This document shows, piece after piece, positions 48,282 through 56,854 of a DNA stretch of 64,000 bases. A program made the position numbers and the translations under genes. The stretch spans positions 35,949 to 99,948 of the forward strand of contig JAAXUC010000001.1 of the NCBI GenBank assembly GCA_013336225.1. The letters are read 5' to 3'. A model generated the notes under the pieces. It was not told where the DNA came from, did not search any database, and worked only from the letters and a program-made list of their open reading frames with translations. The stretch is from Candidatus Moraniibacteriota bacterium (GTDB lineage Bacteria; Patescibacteriota; Minisyncoccia; Moranbacterales; GWC2-37-73). The number at the start of each line of letters is the position of its first letter. Positions within the stretch are counted from its first letter, which is position 1.

Positions 48282-49460
48282 ATGCGCGTAGCGATATTTA
48301 CAAATAATTACCTGCCTAATCCTTATGGCGTTGCGGGATCAATCGAAAGTTTTCGCAAGGAATTTGAAAAGCTTGGACACAATGTCTATATTTTTGCGCC
48401 GGAGACAAAGGGCTATGTAAATGAAAATCCGCATGTCTTTTTTTATTCTGCACTTAATTTGAGATTTAAAAATATCAAGTTTCCAATTGCAATTCCATAT
48501 TCCTACCGCGTTGATAGGATTTTGGAAAAATTGGAAATTGATGTGGTGCATTGTCAGCATCCAAATTTACTTGGAAGTGCTGGGAAAAAATGGGCGCAGA
48601 AAAAAAACGTACCCTTGGTTTTCACTTGGCACACTTTGTATGACAAATATGCTCATTTTGTGCCACTTATTCCCAGCTCTTGGGCTGCTAAATGGGCGAT
48701 TGGAAATGCAGTTGGCTTTGCCAATGATTGCGATCAAATTGTGGTTCCCACGCAGGGCGTGAAAAACATTATTGAAGCTTGGGGAGTTATAAATGAAAAT
48801 ATTGTTGCAATTCCAACTGGCGTGCAAGAAAGTTTGGTTGCAACTGATGGCAGAGAAAAAGCTCGCCACGAATATGAAATTACTGATGATGAAATTGTGA
48901 TCACGTTGGTTTGTCGCATCACACCTGAAAAAAACGTGCTTTTCCTGGCTAATGCGATGAAAAATATTTTGCAGAAAAATGAAAAAGCAATTTTTGTGTT
49001 GGCTGGTGACGGCAGCGATTTGGCAGAGGTGAAAAAAATGTTAACCAATGACAAGATTGGTCAGCGGTTCAGGTTTTTTGGCATCGTGAACAGCGAAGAA
49101 AAAAGCAGGATTTATGCGATGTCGGACATTTTCGTGTATGCCTCAAAATCAGAAACCCAAGGCATGGTACTGACAGAGGCGATGAGTGCTGGCTTGCCGA
49201 TTGTGGCAGTGGAAGCCACTGGCGCAAAAGACTTGGTGGAAAATGGCCAAACAGGATTTTTGGTCGAAGAAAATGAAACTGCTTTTGTTAATGCAGTGCA
49301 AAAATTGATTGATGGGGAAAATTTGCGAAAAAGTTTTGGTGAAAATGCCAGAAAAATTGCCATGGAAAAATATACCAGTCAAGCTTGCGCCGCAAAAATG
49401 CTGGCTGTTTATGAGGAGGTTGTTAAAAGAAGAAAGCAGCTAAACCCTCATCTGTCATGA
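48282..49460 (+). CDS. Glycosyltransferase family 4 (diacylglycerol glucosyltransferase-like)
   Basis: FTNNYLP..GV, HTLY..YAH, EKN, SETQGMVLTEAMSAGLP. Confidence 0.88.
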   Translation: MRVAIFTNNYLPNPYGVAGSIESFRKEFEKLGHNVYIFAPETKGYVNENPHVFFYSALNLRFKNIKFPIAIPYSYRVDRILEKLEIDVVHCQHPNLLGSAGKKWAQKKNVPLVFTWHTLYDKYAHFVPLIPSSWAAKWAIGNAVGFANDCDQIVVPTQGVKNIIEAWGVINENIVAIPTGVQESLVATDGREKARHEYEITDDEIVITLVCRITPEKNVLFLANAMKNILQKNEKAIFVLAGDGSDLAEVKKMLTNDKIGQRFRFFGIVNSEEKSRIYAMSDIFVYASKSETQGMVLTEAMSAGLPIVAVEATGAKDLVENGQTGFLVEENETAFVNAVQKLIDGENLRKSFGENARKIAMEKYTSQACAAKMLAVYEEVVKRRKQLNPHLS

Positions 49461-49495
49461 GTACATGACATCTTCTCCCTGAGATGGAGAAGAAA
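49445..49495. repeat. Double-hairpin palindromic repeat (copy 2)
   Basis: CCCTCATCTGTCATGAGTACATGACATCTTCTCC-N7-GGAGAAG; contains the stop codon of the GT4 gene. Confidence 0.8.
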
Positions 49496-49633
49496 ACAAT
49501 GAAAGAGCTATTATAAGGAAAGAAAATAAAATAAGAAGGGTAGTAATTGATATTGATTATATAAAAAACAAAGTTGTTGAGTTTGGAATTTTCTTTATGA
49601 ACTTTTCACTTTATAAACTTTATAAACCAAATT

Positions 49634-50221
49634 ATGTACGAAGCAAAAAAATTTGATCACTTGCTGGGACTGGAAGGTTTTTCTGACAAATTGCTCACCA
49701 ATCATTTCACTTTGTATGAAGGATATGTGGCCAACACGAACAAAGCAGTAGATGCCATTGCTGGTCTTTTGGCAGAGGATAAATCGGGCACGCCTGAATT
49801 TGCTGAAATCACACGCAGATTTGGTTGGGAATTCAATGGAATGCGACTGCATGAACTGTATTTTGAAAACATGATGAAAGGCGGATCAGTCTTGGATGCA
49901 AATTCTCCACTTGGCCAGAAGATTGTCGAGCAATTTGGATCGATTGAGAATTGGGAAAAACATTTTCGAGCGGTGGCTGCCATGCGCGGAATTGGCTGGG
50001 TTGTGCTATATCTGGACAATGAAAGTGGCAAAATGTATAACATGTGGATAAATGAGCATGACGGTGGACATCTTTCCGGAGCGACACCACTGCTGGTGAT
50101 GGATGTGTTTGAACATGCCTACATCACTGACTATGAAATCAAAAGAGCTGCATATATTGATGCTTTTATGAAAAATATTTGTTTTCATGTGGCCAATGCG
50201 CGTTTCAGCTTGGTAAATTAG
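49634..50221 (+). CDS. Fe/Mn superoxide dismutase
   Basis: HFTLYEGYV, LHELYF, GIGW, DVFEHAY. Confidence 0.92.
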   Translation: MYEAKKFDHLLGLEGFSDKLLTNHFTLYEGYVANTNKAVDAIAGLLAEDKSGTPEFAEITRRFGWEFNGMRLHELYFENMMKGGSVLDANSPLGQKIVEQFGSIENWEKHFRAVAAMRGIGWVVLYLDNESGKMYNMWINEHDGGHLSGATPLLVMDVFEHAYITDYEIKRAAYIDAFMKNICFHVANARFSLVN

Positions 50222-50291
50222 TAAATTTAGACATATTAAAAGAGCCGCTGAATAATATCAGACGGCTCTTTTTTGATTCTCTTAATTTTTC

Positions 50292-50927
50292 CTATGCAAG
50301 TGCAAGTGGAATACAAAATGGAACTTCAATGCAGCAATCATGACGATCTAGATAGATGTTTGTCCAATTGGTTTTGGCTGAAGTTGGACTTTTGACAACA
50401 AGACAGCCGGTAATCAGTTCGTCTTTTTCAACTAATTGCAGTGGCAGCAATGAATTTTCATTGCCATATAGAGCGATAGGGAGACGTGGAGCAAGTTCAA
50501 CCCAATTGGAGTTAGTGAGTTGAATGAGCACTGAATCATTGTATCCTCTGCGAATTTTTTCAACAACTTCAGTTGTTGTCAGTCTGTCTCCAATCTTGAG
50601 AGCCATTGGTTGAGCAAATTTAGCAGTGCGCAGCAGGTTTGATCCAGTTCCTTTTTCTTTCTCAAGCCATTGTTTGAGTCCGTAAATGGATGCTTGTCTT
50701 TGGTTGTAATCTTTTTCTGTCAGTGGCCAACCTGGAGGATTAATAGCGGTCAAATCCTTTGCCATGATCGTTCCTGTTTTATTGCAATCAGTATCATCAA
50801 AGATTACATGTGCCACTGAATCAAGATTAGTGTTTGCAAAGAAATATTTAATAACATTGCAAATCCTGCCAGCATGCTTTCCTTGATTTACCAAATAGCA
50901 AATACTTGAATCGTTAACAATAGACAT
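50292..50927 (-). CDS. Hypothetical protein with internal duplication
   Basis: AGGAGG SD, own promoter; two similar ~50-aa C-terminal units. Confidence 0.7.
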   Translation of the reverse strand: MSIVNDSSICYLVNQGKHAGRICNVIKYFFANTNLDSVAHVIFDDTDCNKTGTIMAKDLTAINPPGWPLTEKDYNQRQASIYGLKQWLEKEKGTGSNLLRTAKFAQPMALKIGDRLTTTEVVEKIRRGYNDSVLIQLTNSNWVELAPRLPIALYGNENSLLPLQLVEKDELITGCLVVKSPTSAKTNWTNIYLDRHDCCIEVPFCIPLALA

Positions 50928-51129
50928 GATCTGCCTCCTTTTTGTGTGAGTTTAATATTTGAATGTTAAGTTGCTTTCAGTTGATATTGAATATTACGGA
51001 TAAATTGAGAATAAGTCAACTAAAAACAGGGCAGACTTGACACCTGGGTCTTTTTGCCGTATCATCAACAATTGGTTCTTTGGCAGTTTAATATTTTGCA
51101 GCACCACTAAAAACAAGGAGGAAGTGCGA

Positions 51130-51828
51130 ATGAAGAAGAGGATTTTGGTTTCAGTTGATCACATGTATGCCATGGGGGTAACAGCTGTAGCACTGATTGA
51201 AAAGTTGGAAAAGAGACTTAAAAGCAAGCGTTATTTGGTGTTTTCACATTCTTGTCCAGATGTTCCACGAGCCATTTTGCAAGCCCCAATGTTTCTTGCG
51301 CAGCATCCTTATGTGGGAAATTCTTTCTGGTTTGATTTTGGGACGGAACTTTTGACTAAGGCTAAGGTGTGCGAAGAAATCATGTCACAATGGAAAATCT
51401 CCCTGGATGCCAATGAGGGAATGGTCATTTTTTGTAAAAACATGAATGGCACCATTGTTCATGGCTTGCTTAGAAATCCAAATTGGCATGAGGATGGCAT
51501 GGATGGAATTGAAGATCGCATGCGTTGTGGAATTTCATTGGGAGAGCAGGTTTCTCCCGATCTCAACATTCTGTTGGATGCAACTTCGGAAAGTGTTTTA
51601 CCTGTGTATCAAAAAAGTATTAATGATTGTTTGGAGCAATTTGATGATCCTGTAAAAAAGGAAAACATGAGAGTCTTTTTCGAAGAAATTGATTTTCTTT
51701 CTCATCGTCAATTGTATTTGGATGAGTTTGCTCGCATGGGAAACAAAGCTTTGACACTCAACACCGAGATTGGCATGGATGAAATGGTGGAAGAAGCTGC
51801 AAAAAGAATCGAAGAATTGCTCAGCTAG
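51130..51828 (+). CDS. Degenerate thymidylate kinase-like protein
   Basis: PDLNILLDAT and a Tmk-like C-terminus, no GxGKS/T; promoter TTGACA-N17-TATCAT at 51037-51065. Confidence 0.55.
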   Translation: MKKRILVSVDHMYAMGVTAVALIEKLEKRLKSKRYLVFSHSCPDVPRAILQAPMFLAQHPYVGNSFWFDFGTELLTKAKVCEEIMSQWKISLDANEGMVIFCKNMNGTIVHGLLRNPNWHEDGMDGIEDRMRCGISLGEQVSPDLNILLDATSESVLPVYQKSINDCLEQFDDPVKKENMRVFFEEIDFLSHRQLYLDEFARMGNKALTLNTEIGMDEMVEEAAKRIEELLS

Positions 51829-51854
51829 TAAAGCTTGCGGGCAAAATTCACAAC

Positions 51855-51888
51855 AAAAGGGCTATTTCAATTGAAATAGCCCTTTTTT
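51855..51888 (+). terminator. Intrinsic terminator
   Basis: Perfect palindrome AAAAGGGCTATTTCAATTGAAATAGCCCTTTT. Confidence 0.75.
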
Positions 51889-51959
51889 CTATGACGGTAT
51901 TAAAACACTGGACAAAATATATATTTCGTTTATAATTGGAAGAGTTAGAAATTGAGAAA

Positions 51960-52031
51960 GCGGGTGTCGTATAGTGGCTATTATATCAGCCTTCCAAGCT
52001 GAGGAGGGGAGTTCGATTCTCCCTACCCGCT
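51960..52031 (+). tRNA. tRNA-Gly(TCC)
   Basis: GCGGGTG/TACCCGC acceptor, TCAGC-CTTCCAA-GCTGA, TTCGATT loop. Confidence 0.95.
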
Positions 52032-52140
52032 CAAAATGATGAAATCTCAAGTCTTAGGACTTGGGATTTTTTCGTTTTTAACATGGGTAGGGAGAATCGA
52101 ACTCGGCAGCAGTTAGATATGCGTGAAGGCGAATAATCGA
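52032..52140 (+). other. Truncated tRNA-3'-mirror element at tRNA-Gly
   Basis: 52085-52104 is the exact reverse complement of tRNA 52009-52028; 52105-52140 matches the Glu core at 33/36. Confidence 0.85.
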
Positions 52141-52269
52141 GCTATTGAAAGATGCATGACTTGACCTCACTCTTTTCTCATGCGATAATCTTAAATCATT
52201 CTTTAACAATTTTTAGTGTTTTTTGCATGCCACTTTGTGTTGGCAATCTCATTTAACAGGGAGGCTGAA

Positions 52270-52653
52270 ATGAAAGAGAAAAAGCCTGGAAACATGGGAA
52301 AATTTAAGGGTGGAAGGCTTAGAAAAGGCGATGATGCGGTGCGTCTCATTGAAGATGGCGGTGAAATCGAAGAAAGCAAATGCAAAGTTGTCAAAATTGG
52401 CAGGCATAAGATTGTTTGCGCAATCAAAACTGCAAAGGCTGGCTTAAAGAAGAATGTATTAACGGATATAGCTTTTGATAGAAAAACAGGCATACATTCG
52501 GATGGAAAGAAAAATGGTTGGCTTAAGAATCCACCAAAGCCTGCAGTCAAGAAAAAAAATGATGATAATGAAGAAAATGCTGTTTGTATTCAATCAATAA
52601 AAAATTCAAGAGGAGTTCAAGATGAAGTGTCATTATGGGACTACTGTAGTTGA
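52270..52653 (+). CDS. Hypothetical basic protein
   Basis: GGGAGG SD; promoter TTGACC-N17-GATAAT at 52161-52189. Confidence 0.55.
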   Translation: MKEKKPGNMGKFKGGRLRKGDDAVRLIEDGGEIEESKCKVVKIGRHKIVCAIKTAKAGLKKNVLTDIAFDRKTGIHSDGKKNGWLKNPPKPAVKKKNDDNEENAVCIQSIKNSRGVQDEVSLWDYCS

Positions 52654-53515
52654 TTTGCACATCCATTCCAATTATTCGGATGGAACACGCAGCCCCAAGA
52701 AGATTGTGGCTTTGGCTCAAAAGGCTGGTCTGAAAGCAATTGCGCTCACTGATCATGACACGGTTGCTGGCGTTGATGAATTTTTGAAATATGCAGCAAA
52801 GACTAAGCTGACAGTTTCTCCTGCGATAGAAGTTACATCTTTTCAGATGGGCGTGGAAGTGCACATTCTTGGTTATGGAATTAATCACGCACATCGCAAT
52901 ATTGGTAATCTTTTTCTTAAAAATATTGAAGCGCGCAGAGAGAGGCTTAATAGGACTCTCGAGCTTCTCGACAAGCATGGGATTATTCAAGCGACTGAAG
53001 CTGAAATTGCTGATTGGTTTAATTATGATGGGCCGGTTATTTCCATTTATCATTTGATTGAATATGTTTCCAGGATGCTTAGAAGGAATTTTCTTGAAGT
53101 GAAAAAACTTTTCAAGCGTGGTGGTGTTGCTTGGGTGTCATATGACTATTCCAAGTTACTTTCCGCCGATGAAGCAGTCAGGATCATCACTAGAGAACTC
53201 GGAGGAGTTGCGGTGTTGGCTCATCCAGGAAAAATTTTAAAGGCTGCTTCCTATGGCGAAGAATATTTTCATCAAAATTCTTGGCACATCCTGCATGTTT
53301 TGCTGAGCGACTTGAAAAGAGAGGGACTTGGTGGAATTGAATCTTTTCATCCAGCACATGATCAAGCTCAACAAGAAAATCTTGTCGCAATTTCGAAAAA
53401 ATTAGGTCTACACAACACTGCAGGTTCTGATTTCCATGGCGGTAAATTCAAGAAAAATAAAAAACTTGGAATGCCAGGAATTGGCACAGCTGATTTTTTA
53501 AGCTTAATCAGCTAG
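52622..53515 (+). CDS. PHP domain phosphoesterase (TrpH/RNase AM-like)
   Basis: DLHIHS.YSDG, LTDHDT, HILGY, LAHP, GSDFHG. Confidence 0.9.
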   Translation: MKCHYGTTVVDLHIHSNYSDGTRSPKKIVALAQKAGLKAIALTDHDTVAGVDEFLKYAAKTKLTVSPAIEVTSFQMGVEVHILGYGINHAHRNIGNLFLKNIEARRERLNRTLELLDKHGIIQATEAEIADWFNYDGPVISIYHLIEYVSRMLRRNFLEVKKLFKRGGVAWVSYDYSKLLSADEAVRIITRELGGVAVLAHPGKILKAASYGEEYFHQNSWHILHVLLSDLKREGLGGIESFHPAHDQAQQENLVAISKKLGLHNTAGSDFHGGKFKKNKKLGMPGIGTADFLSLIS

Positions 53516-53667
53516 CAGTAAAAGGCTCTGATGAAATGAGGAAATTTGGACTATCGAAAAATCGATAGTCCTTTTTTGTTGACTTCTGTGTGATTTTTCC
53601 TTATGATTGATAACTAATGAAACAGTAATTTTACATTTAAATATCCGATAATAATAGGAGGCGCTAA

Positions 53668-54633
53668 ATGAATTTTCAAATTGATGAGCTTGAAATTGAG
53701 TTGCTGCTTGATGTTGTGGGTAAAAGTGAAGATGGGCCAAGTGATGAGGAACTTGAAAGCATCGAGGGTGAGAATGAATTCTTGACTGAAGTTATCCTTA
53801 CGGAAGAAAGTGGGAGTGATATTGCCAGAAAATATCTTAATGAAATTGGAGCATGGCCAATCCTGACTAGAGAAGAAGAAATTGATTTGGCTCAGAAAAT
53901 TGAAAATGGTGACAGAGATGCATTTGAAAAATTTGTGAATTCAAATCTGAAATTGGTTGTGAAATGGGCCAAGCGTTACTGCGAAAATTATCATCTTAAA
54001 TTTCTAGACTGTGTTCAAGAAGGTAATTTCGGATTGATGAAAGGTGTTGAAAAATTTGATTGGAGGAGGGGGTTTAAATTTTCAACTTATGGCAGTTGGT
54101 GGATAAAGCAAGCAATTCAGCGAGCCATTAAGGATAATGACAGAACTATCCGTCTGCCTGTTCATATTAGTGAAATGTTATCAAAAATTTGGAAAGCAAG
54201 AAGGGAACTAGTGCTTTCCTTGGGATGTAATCCATCAACTTTGCAAATTGCAGAGCATATGGGTGTTCCAGAACAACTGGTCGTTAAGCTTTTTAGGAAA
54301 ATGTGTGACACAAAATCGCTGCAAGACCAACTTTCGAGTGATGATGATGGCACTGAGCTTGGCGATCTTTTGGAAGATAAAAATGGCTGTTGTCCTGAGG
54401 AGACTGCGCAAATAGTGCAGTTGGGTGATAAGCTCAGGCAATCTATTGATAGCTTACCAGAGGAACAGAGACAAGTTGTCATTTTCAAATGTATTGAAAA
54501 TTTACCAAACACTATAATTGCTGAAAGACTTGGCGTGAAACCTGGAAAAGTTAATGAGGTCTGGATACGAGCGAGAAAGAAGTTGATTGTATCAAAGGAT
54601 CTCAGAAAACTGTTGTCAGAATTTTGCAAATGA
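53668..54633 (+). CDS. Alternative sigma-70 factor (RpoD-like regions 1.2-3, divergent region 4)
   Basis: YLNEIG..PILTREEE, NLKLVV, EGNFGL, FSTYGSWWIKQAI, RTIRLPVH. Confidence 0.88.
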   Translation: MNFQIDELEIELLLDVVGKSEDGPSDEELESIEGENEFLTEVILTEESGSDIARKYLNEIGAWPILTREEEIDLAQKIENGDRDAFEKFVNSNLKLVVKWAKRYCENYHLKFLDCVQEGNFGLMKGVEKFDWRRGFKFSTYGSWWIKQAIQRAIKDNDRTIRLPVHISEMLSKIWKARRELVLSLGCNPSTLQIAEHMGVPEQLVVKLFRKMCDTKSLQDQLSSDDDGTELGDLLEDKNGCCPEETAQIVQLGDKLRQSIDSLPEEQRQVVIFKCIENLPNTIIAERLGVKPGKVNEVWIRARKKLIVSKDLRKLLSEFCK

Positions 54634-54779
54634 ATTTGTTCCACCTAAACCATATTTGGTTTAGGTGGATTTTTTTATAAACAATAATCCGAGTTGCTTT
54701 TATCTAGATTAAGTGCTTAAATGATAAACTAGCTTTTTGAAAAAATATAAACCAACTTGCAGTTGAGAAAGGGGGATAT

Positions 54780-55307
54780 ATGCAAGAAGATATCGATAAT
54801 AAGGAGTATGATTTTGAAGCCACACTTGTTTTTGTGTTCAAGGGCAAAAAAGTGCTTTTGGCGCCAAAAAAGGCCAAGATTGGCAAAGATCGTTGGAACG
54901 GCTATGGCGGTGAAGTTGAGCCGTGCGACCCTTCCATCGAATTTCGAGCAACACTGGAAATGTGGCAGGAATGTGAAATGATCTGCGCTGAAGAAGATCT
55001 TAAACAGGTCGCTATCGGATATTTTTCCAACATCAAGGATAGTGGCGAAATATTTGTCTGCAAAGTGCACGTCTTTCTGGCTGAAGAAAAAAAATGTGCT
55101 GGAGTGCCAACGGCAACAAATGAAATGGGAATGTCGGAGTGGTTTGAGATAGGTGAACTGCCTTTTGAGAAAATGATGGCAGCTGACCGCCATTGGATTC
55201 CTGAGATTTTCAAGGGCAGAAAAATCATTGTCAGGGCAACACTGAGAAATGGACAAGCAGAATTGGTTGGCAAAGTTGAGATTCAAGATGTGGAATCTTT
55301 TGAATAA
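54780..55307 (+). CDS. Nudix hydrolase (MTH1-like)
   Basis: VLLA.KK..G..RWNGYGGEVE, EM...WF...LPFEKM..ADRHW. Confidence 0.8.
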   Translation: MQEDIDNKEYDFEATLVFVFKGKKVLLAPKKAKIGKDRWNGYGGEVEPCDPSIEFRATLEMWQECEMICAEEDLKQVAIGYFSNIKDSGEIFVCKVHVFLAEEKKCAGVPTATNEMGMSEWFEIGELPFEKMMAADRHWIPEIFKGRKIIVRATLRNGQAELVGKVEIQDVESFE

Positions 55308-55507
55308 AGGCCTGACTTAAATATTAAGTCAGGCCTTTTAATTTAAGAAAAAGAAATGGTGGACAAAATCAAAAAAATGTGCTAGAATTGAATAGTTGTA
55401 AAAGACGGGTGATTCTCACCCGTCTTTTTTATTATTATTAATTAAATTTTTTAAGATAATCTCAATCAAGTGATCGCTTTGGCGGAATTTGACGAGACAA
55501 AAACAAA

Positions 55508-56608
55508 ATGATTCAAGCAAGCATTTTTCCTGGGCGCTACATTCAGGGAGCAGGAGCGCTTTCACGTTTGGGAAAGGAAGCTGCCAGATTTGGCAAAAAA
55601 GTTTTCGCAGTGTGTGATCCATTTGTAATCGAATCAATCATTCCAACTTATCAAGCAGATATCAAAAAAGAAATTGAAATTGTTTTTGAAAAATTCAATG
55701 GGGAATGCTCTGATAAGGAGATCAATAGAATTATTGATTTGGTTAAAAAAGCCGGCAGTCAGGTTGTGGTTGCGGTTGGTGGAGGAAAAACCATTGATAC
55801 TGCCAAGGCGGTGGCGCATGCGCTTTCACTTCCTGTGATTGTCACCCCGACAATTGCCTCAACTGATGCTCCTTGCAGCGCACTTTCAGTCATCTACACT
55901 GACGAAGGCGTGGTTGATAGATACTTATTTCTGCCAACAAACCCAAATTGCGTTTTGGTTGACACGACCATTATTGCTAATGCGCCGGTGAGATTCTTGG
56001 TTTCAGGCATGGGAGATGCGCTTTCAACTTGGCTTGAAGCAAAATCATGTCAAACCAAATATGCCAACAATTTCGCAGGAGAAAAAGGTTCAATGACAGC
56101 TTATGCGCTGGCCAAACTTTGCTACGACACTTTGTTGGAATTTGGAGTGGCTGCAAAAATTTCCAATGAAGCAAACGTGGTGACTCCAGCTTTGGAAAGC
56201 GTGATTGAAGCCAACACTTTGCTCAGTGGTCTTGGATTTGAAAGCGGTGGAATTGCATCCTGTCACGCTGTGCATAATGGCTTGACTGTGCTTGAGCCAA
56301 CACACAAATATTTTCATGGAGAAAAAGTTTCCATTGGAGTTGTGACTTCAGTCTTTTTGACCAATAAACCAGCTGACATGATTGACGAAGTGTATGATTT
56401 TTGCGAATCAGTCGGGCTTCCAACAACGTTGGCTCAAGTGGGACTCATCAATCCTACAGATGAAGATTTGATGAAAGTCGCCACTCGCGCTTGCGCCGAA
56501 GGAGAAACAATTTACAATGAGCTTGTGCCAATAACTCCTGAATCAGTGTTTGCTGCCATCAAAGCAGCTGACGCTTATGGAAGATCAAGATTGGAAGGTC
56601 TTTGCTAA
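55508..56608 (+). CDS. gldA: Glycerol dehydrogenase
   Basis: FPGRYIQG, GGGKTIDTAK, PTIASTDAPCSALSVIY, GMGDAL, HAVHNGLT, HGEKV. Confidence 0.93.
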   Translation: MIQASIFPGRYIQGAGALSRLGKEAARFGKKVFAVCDPFVIESIIPTYQADIKKEIEIVFEKFNGECSDKEINRIIDLVKKAGSQVVVAVGGGKTIDTAKAVAHALSLPVIVTPTIASTDAPCSALSVIYTDEGVVDRYLFLPTNPNCVLVDTTIIANAPVRFLVSGMGDALSTWLEAKSCQTKYANNFAGEKGSMTAYALAKLCYDTLLEFGVAAKISNEANVVTPALESVIEANTLLSGLGFESGGIASCHAVHNGLTVLEPTHKYFHGEKVSIGVVTSVFLTNKPADMIDEVYDFCESVGLPTTLAQVGLINPTDEDLMKVATRACAEGETIYNELVPITPESVFAAIKAADAYGRSRLEGLC

Positions 56609-56637
56609 ATTGAAGCAATAAAAAAATAAGCGACAAC

Positions 56638-56676
56638 TTATCCACAGCATCAGCAATGATGCTGTGGATTTTTTTA
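56638..56676 (+). terminator. gldA terminator containing a DnaA box
   Basis: ATCCACAGCATC/GATGCTGTGGAT stem with T-run; TTATCCACA at 56638-56646. Confidence 0.65.
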
Positions 56677-56760
56677 TAAATTGGCCGTGCTAAAGCATAT
56701 TTTTTGGAGAGTGGTGGCCGTTGTCTGTTTTTTCTTCTTGTGGTACAATCTGTTAACGAT

Positions 56761-56776
56761 ACACTACATGTAGTGT
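56761..56776. promoter_or_regulatory. NrdR box
   Basis: Palindrome ACACTACATGTAGTGT matching acaCwAtATaTwGtgt upstream of nrdA. Confidence 0.8.
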
Positions 56777-56854
56777 ATAAGTGTCATAAATCAATAAAAA
56801 CCCTGGTTAAATAGTATTTTGATTACAAAATAATTTAACGGGGTAAACACAAAA

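Noticed and set aside
24623..54633. Integron cassettes as explanation for the orphan genes
   Set aside because: No attC-like RYYYAAC...GTTRRRY structures recognised, and the genes carry their own promoters.
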